From: a virus | Taxonomy: Duplodnaviria; Caudoviricetes | IMG/VR virus record: IMGVR_UViG_3300023267_000001 | Location: 1 to 64,000 of that record | Reading direction: 5' to 3' (one strand) | Length of the DNA stretch: 64,000 nt | Shown here: positions 25,715 through 33,631 of the stretch, one piece after another | Layout: each line of letters starts with the position of its first letter | Position numbering within the stretch: position 1 is the stretch's first letter | Notes under the pieces: model-generated | Seen by the model: the letters and a program-made list of their open reading frames with translations, nothing else | Told to the model about the DNA's origin: nothing | The model's database searches: none | Program-made: the position numbers and the translations under genes

Positions 25715-26170
25715 TCAGACCGCAGGTGGCTTCGTTTGTGGAACTTCCACCGGCTCAACCGTGGCTCCGGTGGAAACATCTTTCAATTCAACACTTGGCT
25801 TCGCCACGTTAGGCGGCGTCGGCGTAAGCTGCGGATTCACTTCGAGGGCTGTGTGTGCGAGCAATCGGCCAAAGATTCCGGTCTGCCACCCATCAGGCAC
25901 CAGTTTGCGAAGAACGCGGGCGAGAATAAGGATGGCCGCACCAAGACTGCCAATGGCCTCAATGAGCTTGGTGATTCCGCTTTCAAGCTGGGCCAGTTGG
26001 CCAGAAGCAGGCGGAACCGCGTTGGTGGTAAATTCGTTGTAAACGATTGGCTGCGCGTGGCAGAAAAGGATGGCTCCAAAAAGTAGGATGGTTGCGGTGA
26101 CGAATCCAGTAATCAGTCTCATAAAATAAATGCTACGCCTCTTATTCTGGCTTTCAAGGACTATTTTCAC
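25715..26170 (-). CDS. membrane protein, holin-like; alternative start at ATG 26122
   Basis: Signal/TM MRLITGFVTATILLFGAILFCHA, second TM GSLGAAILILARVL, Pro-rich tail. Confidence 0.55.
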   Translation of the reverse strand: MKIVLESQNKRRSIYFMRLITGFVTATILLFGAILFCHAQPIVYNEFTTNAVPPASGQLAQLESGITKLIEAIGSLGAAILILARVLRKLVPDGWQTGIFGRLLAHTALEVNPQLTPTPPNVAKPSVELKDVSTGATVEPVEVPQTKPPAV

Positions 26171-26595
26171 CCCATCGCCTTGACCACCGCCTGTTTCAAC
26201 TTCTCGGTATCAACGAATTTATCAATGACATCGTATTGCAAAGCCTTGGCCGCGCTCAAAAGCTCTTCGCTGAAATGTCCGGTGACAATGGTTACTGGCG
26301 TTAAGGGAGCAAGCTGGCGCACTTCGGACAGGGTTTCCACGCCGTTTCTGCCGACTGGAAATGCGAGGTCGAGGAAAATTCTGGTGAATGGTCGGGCACT
26401 TTTTACCAGTTCAATCGCCATGTCGCCGGATGTGGCGATTTCCGCCGAGCAACCGATGTCGTCTAATGCGCGTTTAAGAATCGTGGCGTCCTGTTTGTCA
26501 TCATCCACCACCAGAACACGACGCGGCAGCGTTCGCGGGATTGCACCCGTTAGGTTCCGCAAGCCTTCGCACAGTTCTAAAGTGATTTGAGTCAT
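26167..26595 (-). CDS. stand-alone CheY-like response-regulator receiver
   Basis: RVLVVDDD acidic pocket, FLDLAFP phospho-acceptor, VTG and DKFV conserved; no output domain. Confidence 0.9.
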   Translation of the reverse strand: MTQITLELCEGLRNLTGAIPRTLPRRVLVVDDDKQDATILKRALDDIGCSAEIATSGDMAIELVKSARPFTRIFLDLAFPVGRNGVETLSEVRQLAPLTPVTIVTGHFSEELLSAAKALQYDVIDKFVDTEKLKQAVVKAMG

Positions 26596-26921
26596 GTTCC
26601 AAACATCCTGTTCACAACCGCCACTATGATTGCAGCAATAACCACGCCTCCCAGCCAGAGGCAGGCTCGTTTGCCAGCGTTCGTTTTTTTAATCAAAGCC
26701 GCCTCGGACTGCCGCGACTGGCCGACGAAAATTACAAACTGTGCGTTTTGCCACCGGATGATGTATTCAAGCTTGCTGATTGCAAGCAGCACCGGCCTGT
26801 CGCGCTCGTCAAATTCTTCAAGCTGGCTCTGCGTCAAAACTCCCTCGATGTTCTGAGGAACGGCTTCAACTGGCTTTATAAACATCTGACTTTCGATTTC
26901 CGGCAGGAATTGTTCGGCCAT
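26592..26921 (-). CDS. C-terminally anchored membrane protein
   Basis: Helical body plus a single C-terminal TM CLWLGGVVIAAIIVAVV. Confidence 0.65.
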   Translation of the reverse strand: MAEQFLPEIESQMFIKPVEAVPQNIEGVLTQSQLEEFDERDRPVLLAISKLEYIIRWQNAQFVIFVGQSRQSEAALIKKTNAGKRACLWLGGVVIAAIIVAVVNRMFGT

Positions 26922-26925
26922 ATTT

Positions 26926-27375
26926 TCAAGGCGACGCAGAGTATTTGACCGCGTTGATTTTTATCATCTGCAACTTCCAGAATCTTTGGGCTTCCGTCGT
27001 CGGAAATGTCACCGAAGATTGAATCGACCAGTTAACGCCGAGGTCGGAGCTTGTCAAAACATTGAGCGTCGCAGATGGAATCTTCCAAACCTGAACCTCG
27101 CCACTAAACGGCGTGATGACCTGCTTTCCCTGCTTGTTGGTGCAAATCTGGGTGAAAGCGAAATAGTTGACACCGTCCTTGAGCCAGCCATCGCTGAACG
27201 CAAGGCTGTTGGACATCGAAAGATAGGGCGTAGCATAGTTTCCAGTTGCCGCGTTACCCTGCCAAACAGTCGTAGCCGAGCCGGGAACCTTGTTCGTGGC
27301 ATCCGGCCAAGTGAACAGGCTGTCAGCCTGTGAGGTAAGGCAGGCGGCTAATGCGATGGCGGCGGCGAGTTTCAA
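26926..27375 (-). CDS. secreted beta-sandwich protein with Verrucomicrobia-type C-terminal motif
   Basis: Signal peptide MKLAAAIALAACLTSQA; tail VLTSSDLGVNW...QRFWKL. Confidence 0.6.
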   Translation of the reverse strand: MKLAAAIALAACLTSQADSLFTWPDATNKVPGSATTVWQGNAATGNYATPYLSMSNSLAFSDGWLKDGVNYFAFTQICTNKQGKQVITPFSGEVQVWKIPSATLNVLTSSDLGVNWSIQSSVTFPTTEAQRFWKLQMIKINAVKYSASP

Positions 27376-27376
27376 T

Positions 27377-29428
27377 TTACCTTAGTGGCGTTATGGTCAT
27401 TGTCATGCCACTCGGAATCACAGTGATAGTCGAGCCGGGTGTTGCGCCTCCAGTGCAAAGTTGGAAGGCCACATCCGTCAATGCGTTTCCAGTTGTAAAT
27501 GTGCCATTAAGCATTACCTGCAAAGAAGTCGCCCCGCCGTTGTTCAGCTTGCCATACATATAATTTGCGCTTGGAGTCCCGCTGAAACCAATGACAGTTG
27601 TTCCAAAAGTTACCTGCGTGTCGTGAGAGCCATTCCCATTGTTGATATTGTAGGAGTCAACAATGTTGGCATTGGTAACAGCCACGGAGTTGCTTACCGC
27701 CCAACCGATGCCGTTGCCGCTGGCTGTCGCATAGCCGCTGATTTGAATCTGATATTTTGAATTTGCAGCCAGTCCTTGAATGATGCAGCCGGGAACATTC
27801 GTTAAAATGTTGGTTCCCCAGCTAAAACTTGGGGTTGAGAAATAGCCCACGCGATAACCAATGCAGTTTACGCTCGGATTGACCGCCGACTTTGTGACTT
27901 CATAAAACTGTGCGCGATTAGTCGCTTCAATACCCGCCAGCAAAGCGTTTGGATGTGTGGTGTCCGCATAATAGGCGTTGTTGCCTTGATATACAGAGTT
28001 GGAAGCCTGCCAGTCGTAAAAAGAATCAAAATTCGTGCGGACGCTATTGGATGAATAGGCCGAGTTCAGGTTAATCAAATCCGGTAATGAAATGGAGCTT
28101 GGAGAAAGCGGTATGGTTGCACCGTGGATATATTGGAATCCAAGATTACGCCCAATTTGAGTCAACTTAACTAGCTGGTTTTGCAGCACGAAGTTGAAAA
28201 TGTTGGTTACAAATGTTGGTGCGCCGTTCGTCCCACGGTGGACATAGGTAAAAGTGCGGTCGTTCTGCGAACCCGGCAGAAAAAGGCTTTTGCGAATGCC
28301 GGTGACCGACGGGCTGATGTTCGTCAAATAAATCAAAGGGTCGTTGGCGAAAGTATTCTGATAAAATGGAGGGTAATAAACGCGGCTTGTGCTGCCAGCA
28401 CCCCAAGAGCCTGCGAATTTTGCTGGATAATTTCGGACGGAAATCAACTTGTTCGGCGCGCCAACAATGCTGGCCGCAACATTCCCGCCGTAAGTGCCGC
28501 TGATGAAAATGTTGGTCTGCCAATCATTTCCACGATTCGGATTAGCGTATGTCACACCGCCTTGCACCACATAATAATCGTTGGTCGTGCCCCAGTTGTT
28601 TGTGCCCCAGAAAACAAGCCGGTTCGTCATGCCACCGACAAAAAACACCGAGTTGGTTCCGTTGGCGTTGTAGGTATTTCCATTGGCGAACGCCTGATAG
28701 CCTTCAAATTCGCTGCCCGCAATGTCAGCGTCGCCATAGTTCATGTAGCCCGCTCCGCTGACGCAAAGCGCGTTATCCAGCGGCACATTCCAGCCGGTTT
28801 TTTGCGCGATATAATTCGTCTCAAGCATCAGCCAGCTTTGATTCATAAAGGCTTGAGCCTCACCGGGCAAAAGCGTATATCCGTTTGTGAACCAGCCAAC
28901 GCCATTCACCTGTGCATTCGTAGTTCCGCCGCAAACAACCGCGCCATTGGTTAAAATCCCGTTTCCAAAGAAGCCGGGAAAATTCGTTACAAACCAGACA
29001 TCCAACGAGTCGCCCAACACCACGTTCCCGCCCGGTTGAATCAGGGAGGAAACCAACTGTGGGGTAAGTCCGTTTGGATTGGATGCAAAAATTGCATTGG
29101 TGGCACGAGAAGCAATTATCGCGCTTTGAACAGGGCCAACCACTTGACTTCCACTGATTCCAGTAATCCCGCTCCCATTCCCAAAAAAACTTCCAAAAAT
29201 CATCGTGGCATTCAACTGGTTCAGCAGCAAATCACCAAACCCATCACTGGTGATTCCACCATTGTCAAAATTTGCCTGACCGCCAAGCACGTTGTAGTTG
29301 GTGGCTATCTGGAGTCCGGCGCGGGCTACAATCGGGTCAGATGTGGTCGTCCAAGGCGATGGCTTTAGCTGCCCAAACGCAGAAACCACACACAAAAGAA
29401 GTGTTGAGATGATTGAAAATTTCTTCAT
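27377..29428 (-). CDS. spike/fibre-like protein with SGNH (GDSL) hydrolase domain and signal peptide
   Basis: MKKFSIISTLLLCVVSAFG-Q; VLGDSLD (block I), GSQND (III), DTTHPN (V); Asn/Gly/Thr-rich beta content. Confidence 0.6.
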   Translation of the reverse strand: MKKFSIISTLLLCVVSAFGQLKPSPWTTTSDPIVARAGLQIATNYNVLGGQANFDNGGITSDGFGDLLLNQLNATMIFGSFFGNGSGITGISGSQVVGPVQSAIIASRATNAIFASNPNGLTPQLVSSLIQPGGNVVLGDSLDVWFVTNFPGFFGNGILTNGAVVCGGTTNAQVNGVGWFTNGYTLLPGEAQAFMNQSWLMLETNYIAQKTGWNVPLDNALCVSGAGYMNYGDADIAGSEFEGYQAFANGNTYNANGTNSVFFVGGMTNRLVFWGTNNWGTTNDYYVVQGGVTYANPNRGNDWQTNIFISGTYGGNVAASIVGAPNKLISVRNYPAKFAGSWGAGSTSRVYYPPFYQNTFANDPLIYLTNISPSVTGIRKSLFLPGSQNDRTFTYVHRGTNGAPTFVTNIFNFVLQNQLVKLTQIGRNLGFQYIHGATIPLSPSSISLPDLINLNSAYSSNSVRTNFDSFYDWQASNSVYQGNNAYYADTTHPNALLAGIEATNRAQFYEVTKSAVNPSVNCIGYRVGYFSTPSFSWGTNILTNVPGCIIQGLAANSKYQIQISGYATASGNGIGWAVSNSVAVTNANIVDSYNINNGNGSHDTQVTFGTTVIGFSGTPSANYMYGKLNNGGATSLQVMLNGTFTTGNALTDVAFQLCTGGATPGSTITVIPSGMTMTITPLR

Positions 29429-29433
29429 AAAAA

Positions 29434-29610
29434 TTAGGCTGGGGCGACAGTTTGATACCACTGTTTCTGCGACACGCTCCAACGCCATTCGTTGTAAAGC
29501 TCCACCGCTGGGTCTTGGTAAAAGAAGGCGGCTAGGTTTTGATTGTCGGGGAGTAATCCGGCATCGTTTGGGTTTGTTACGTTTAGGGAGTAGGTTTGTT
29601 CGCAGCACAT
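29434..29610 (-). CDS. 58-aa paralog of the C-terminal module of 29651-30043 (not in ORF track)
   Basis: MCCEQTYSLNVTNPNDAGLLPDNQNLAAFFYQDPAVELYNEWRWSVSQKQWYQTVAPA*. Confidence 0.75.
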   Translation of the reverse strand: MCCEQTYSLNVTNPNDAGLLPDNQNLAAFFYQDPAVELYNEWRWSVSQKQWYQTVAPA

Positions 29611-29650
29611 CGTAAGAGCGGGCTGTGGGTTTGTGTTTTTAGTTCAATAG

Positions 29651-30043
29651 TTAGGCTGGAGAAATCAGTTGCACCCAAGCCCCTTGAGCCACCGACCAAT
29701 ACCAAAGGTTGTATGGAGCAGCGTCAGGGTCTTGATAGAAAATTGCGCCCAAGGACGGGTCATCAGGGACGATGGAGGCATCGTTGGGATTGTCCGCGTT
29801 GCTGATGATGACTTGCGCGATGGAGGTTCCGCCGCCGCCAGAAATCAAAATCCATCCATCAGGCGTTTGACTTGGGTTGGAATAAGTCGCTCCCGTTGAC
29901 TCAACAACGTAGAGAATTGAAATTGGCGTATTTTCATCTGGCACCCCCACGCCAATCTGGACGCCATTGCCGTTCTGTGGAGTCACGTAACCCGTGTCAT
30001 CGGTGAGTCCAGCCACGTAATTTCCGTATTGGTCAAATGCCAT
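29651..30043 (-). CDS. putative tail-associated structural protein
   Basis: Start moved to MAFDQYG; C-terminus NPNDASIVPDDPSLGAIFYQDP...WYWSVAQGAWVQLISPA. Confidence 0.6.
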   Translation of the reverse strand: MAFDQYGNYVAGLTDDTGYVTPQNGNGVQIGVGVPDENTPISILYVVESTGATYSNPSQTPDGWILISGGGGTSIAQVIISNADNPNDASIVPDDPSLGAIFYQDPDAAPYNLWYWSVAQGAWVQLISPA

Positions 30044-30095
30044 AATCATCCTCGCTTTGCGAAAGACAGTCCATTGGTCGCACAGTCTTAAAGCG

Positions 30096-30124
30096 TTGAC
30101 AAGACAAAAGTTTGGGGGTATCAA
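30096..30124 (+). promoter_or_regulatory. promoter candidate at the divergence point
   Basis: TTGACA-N17-TATCAA upstream of ATG 30145. Confidence 0.4.
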
Positions 30125-30144
30125 CTCTTTAACCGTTCACGCCA

Positions 30145-30363
30145 ATGGCAACCCGACAAGAAAAGCAGGCCCAACTGACCAACACTCATTCCAGTGCGCC
30201 CCAGTCCGTGATTCCAAAGATTCCAACCGTGCCGTTGCCCGCCAAGGTGGTTTCGGCCTTCCCCGACATGAAAAACTGGCAGAAGCAAACCGAGGAATCC
30301 AACGAGGAGTGGCGCAAGAAAACATCCATCGCCGTCCTTGGCTCAATTCCGACACCTTCATAA
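30145..30363 (+). CDS. small hypothetical protein
   Basis: 72 aa; first gene of the plus-strand block. Confidence 0.6.
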   Translation: MATRQEKQAQLTNTHSSAPQSVIPKIPTVPLPAKVVSAFPDMKNWQKQTEESNEEWRKKTSIAVLGSIPTPS

Positions 30364-30367
30364 AATT

Positions 30368-32509
30368 ATGGCAGCAGTCATCCCTAAATCCTATTTCGCG
30401 CCATATCAAAATCTGGCGGGTGAGACGCCCGTGCGTGAGATGTATTCCAGCCGACCAATCGTGGGCAATCGTGGGATTATTACCGGCTACACTAATCCAG
30501 TGAAACAACCAGGCAGTGGCACCACTGTTTCGCCGCTGCCTCCCGTTTATGACCCGACGCGCAATCGCTACGAGATTCCAAGCACGGGAACTCCGCGCTG
30601 GGACGGCTCTAAATTCGTGAATGAAATGGGACAAGCCTTCACTGGCACTTACGGCGGTCAGACTTACACCAACGGCCAGTCACAACAGCAGCTTGCCAAC
30701 AGCCCCAGTCGTTATGCCGCGTTGAGCGTCACCAAGAATGAGCCGGTGGCGAATATCACTGATACATTGCTGAACGGCTTCAAGCCGTCTGTCGGCATCA
30801 CGGATTTTTCATCCTTGCTTGACTCCACACGCAAAGCCTCTGGTGCGATTGACGCCGCCTATAACAAAGACCGTAATGCTTATGACATCCAGCCATTCGC
30901 TGACACGCTCAATTCGCTTAACACCAATTATGCCCGTGCTGGTGCTAATCTTAACAGCCGTTATTCCGACATCCTGCGTGATACCGCGTCCAATCAAAAT
31001 AACGTCCTGCGAACCGCCACTGATTTGCTCCCGCAGCAATACGACTCTCTGCGTCAAATCAACAACCAATACGCGGACACCACTGGAAACATCACCAGCG
31101 GTTTGCGTGACAACCTTGGCCGCACCGAGGCCGACCAGAACGCCTTGGTTGCCCGCGCCTATGGCATGTTGCCGGAACAATACAATGCCTTGCAGAGCAT
31201 CAATGATAATTTCGCCGCGACCGGCGGTGCGTTGAACGACCGTTATTCTGGACTTATTAACACCGCTAACACGCGGCAGGATGACATCATCAAACGCGCC
31301 AATGATTTGCTTGGTAACTACGACCAAGCGGCGAACAACATCGGTGATGCTCAAACAAAGTCTCTGGTTCAGGGGGTTTCTCGCTACAAACTTTCTGGTG
31401 GAACTCCGATGGGTTTGGGCGGTGGCGAGGAGAAGTTGCTGGCTGACGGCGTGGCGAATATCCGTCTGCCGCTCGAACGCGACAAAATTAACCAGCGTTA
31501 TTCACTGTTGCAGAATCTTGAGTTGCCTATCGCGCAACAGCAGGAGCAGGCTGGCATCGGCCAACTTCAGAATTTCTCATTGCCACTGGCGTCCAATATC
31601 GCCGACCGTAATTACAATACGCGCGCGCAGCTTAATTCCGCGCAGAATGACATCCTTCGTAACATGGAGTTGCCACTGGAACAGCAGCAGTCCCGCGACC
31701 GCGCAAGCCTGTTGCGTGATGTTGAGTTGCCGCTGGCTGACCAGATTTCACAACGCAACTACAACACGCAGGCCGGACTCAATTCCGCGCAGCAAAACTT
31801 GTTGCAGAACATCGCGCTCCCGCTTGCCACCCAGCAGGGCAACGCGCAGGTGCAGCAGTTGACTAATTTCACCGCGCCTCAAGCGCAGCAGGATTACACC
31901 AACGCGGCGACTACTGCGCAGACCATCCAGAATTTGAAGCTGCAAACGGCGGGAATGGATATTTCGGCGGCAATCAAATACTTGCAGGCGATGGCGGTTC
32001 CGATTCAGATTCAGCAGCAGATTCTTGCGTCTAATCAGGCGTTGCAATCCGGTGATATTTCCAACCTGTCTGCGCTTAACAATCTATACAGCGGAAGTCG
32101 CTATCAGGGCTTGCAAGACACGTTTGGTGTGAATACCACCGCCCCGTCTGTCACCACGTTTAACGCAGGCAGCTATCCGACTGGAACCACTGGTGGAAAT
32201 TCTCGATATGCCGCGTTGAATAATCCGACATCCACGGCTGCACCGGCTCCTGCTGCTCCTGAATCACAACTCCCGCAAGGCGCGTGGGCACAGACGTTGC
32301 AACCGGCTGGTGGAAATCTTTACCGCGACCCGAAAACAGGAAGTCTCTATCGCGTCGAGAATGGGAAGATTTATCCCTACAACGTGAGTTCGCGCACTAA
32401 CAACAGCGGTTATCAGCAAGTGAACAACGTGGACGCCCAAGTTGTTGACCCCGCGAGTCAGGACAATCAAAACGAGAACGACCCTGCGAGCCTTTCTTAC
32501 CGAGGATAA
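30368..32509 (+). CDS. putative DNA ejection/pilot protein, Gln/Asn/Ala-rich with internal repeats
   Basis: Helical low-complexity composition; repeats L..LELPL.QQ and RNYNT.A.LNSAQ; start moved to AAATTATG at 30368. Confidence 0.5.
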   Translation: MAAVIPKSYFAPYQNLAGETPVREMYSSRPIVGNRGIITGYTNPVKQPGSGTTVSPLPPVYDPTRNRYEIPSTGTPRWDGSKFVNEMGQAFTGTYGGQTYTNGQSQQQLANSPSRYAALSVTKNEPVANITDTLLNGFKPSVGITDFSSLLDSTRKASGAIDAAYNKDRNAYDIQPFADTLNSLNTNYARAGANLNSRYSDILRDTASNQNNVLRTATDLLPQQYDSLRQINNQYADTTGNITSGLRDNLGRTEADQNALVARAYGMLPEQYNALQSINDNFAATGGALNDRYSGLINTANTRQDDIIKRANDLLGNYDQAANNIGDAQTKSLVQGVSRYKLSGGTPMGLGGGEEKLLADGVANIRLPLERDKINQRYSLLQNLELPIAQQQEQAGIGQLQNFSLPLASNIADRNYNTRAQLNSAQNDILRNMELPLEQQQSRDRASLLRDVELPLADQISQRNYNTQAGLNSAQQNLLQNIALPLATQQGNAQVQQLTNFTAPQAQQDYTNAATTAQTIQNLKLQTAGMDISAAIKYLQAMAVPIQIQQQILASNQALQSGDISNLSALNNLYSGSRYQGLQDTFGVNTTAPSVTTFNAGSYPTGTTGGNSRYAALNNPTSTAAPAPAAPESQLPQGAWAQTLQPAGGNLYRDPKTGSLYRVENGKIYPYNVSSRTNNSGYQQVNNVDAQVVDPASQDNQNENDPASLSYRG

Positions 32510-32512
32510 TTT

Positions 32513-33622
32513 ATGCCTTTTGAACCCATAATTTCCAGTTCGTTCGACGGATTAGCGCAGCAACGTGCTGGTTACGCCAATCAGAATGCTAATGTCCAGC
32601 GTCAGAATCTTAACTCATTTGAGCGGGCCAACGAGGAGCGCAATAATTACTTTACCACCATCGCGGCGATGCGTCGCGCCGATGCCCAGCGTCAGGCTGA
32701 TGAGCAGGCGCAGCAGCAGGCTTTGAATTTCCGTCGTTATCAATTTGATGTCGGAGCCGGACTTGACCGCGAACAGCAAAACATCGACCGCCAGCGCATT
32801 GGTGCCAACAATGCTTTCAAAGCCGCCGAGGATAATCGCAAGATTGCCCTGAATGATGCCCGCGATAGCGAGATTGCCGCTGATGCTCTGGCCGCAGAAG
32901 GCCATTTCAATTCTCTAGATGAGTTGAATCAGGCGTTGCCAAATACCAATCCGATTGTAAAAGCCGCCATCTGGGAAAAGAACCGTCAAGCCCGTGAGCA
33001 GATTGGTCAGCAATACAATTTCACCTCCAACTTGGCGAAAGATGAGAATCAAAAATCTGTTTTGGGCAATTTGACTGAAACTCCTCCAAAATACGAAGCT
33101 CCGCCTTGGTATAACCAAGTCGAAAATAAAGTTCTTAGAATGTTGCCGCGTATAAATCCACTTACTGCGGCATACGACTATTTTAGCGGTGGGAAATTGG
33201 CTGACGCCGTTCCATTCCAATTAGAGCCAACACCAAATACAAGCTGGTTTGACGCCTTGCAAAAAAGAAAATCCAAGCTGGATACAACTTTGGCCCCGAT
33301 TGAGAAACAAGGGCTTGACCAAAACGGCGTCATTCTGGATTCAACCACTGGACGCTATAAGCCCACTTCCACGCCGCCTTGGTTGCGTTCGCAGGAAACC
33401 GCCAAACCCATTGGAGTCCTTACCCCCATCCAAGGTGGGCTGGTTGTGGATGAGATTGGAAATCAATTTGATAAATCTGGAAACATTGTGGTAAAAGTGA
33501 CGCCAGAACAGCGGGCAAACCAATTCAAGTCAGCAGAAGATGTGAAAGCTGCTGCTCTCAATGGCAGACTTGACCGCAAGATGGCTGAAATGATTCTAAA
33601 GCAGAAATTCGGGTTCGAGTAA
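32513..33622 (+). CDS. putative internal virion/ejection protein
   Basis: Gln/Arg/Ala coiled-coil N-terminus; lies between the pilot-like gene and the giant gene. Confidence 0.5.
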   Translation: MPFEPIISSSFDGLAQQRAGYANQNANVQRQNLNSFERANEERNNYFTTIAAMRRADAQRQADEQAQQQALNFRRYQFDVGAGLDREQQNIDRQRIGANNAFKAAEDNRKIALNDARDSEIAADALAAEGHFNSLDELNQALPNTNPIVKAAIWEKNRQAREQIGQQYNFTSNLAKDENQKSVLGNLTETPPKYEAPPWYNQVENKVLRMLPRINPLTAAYDYFSGGKLADAVPFQLEPTPNTSWFDALQKRKSKLDTTLAPIEKQGLDQNGVILDSTTGRYKPTSTPPWLRSQETAKPIGVLTPIQGGLVVDEIGNQFDKSGNIVVKVTPEQRANQFKSAEDVKAAALNGRLDRKMAEMILKQKFGFE

Positions 33623-33631
33623 AAACCCGCT

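Noticed and set aside
29429-29608. 60-aa N-terminal extension of the 743-aa ORF in the track
   Set aside because: It overlaps the 58-aa paralog gene in another frame; ATG 29428 has the TTTTTATG context and begins a signal peptide.
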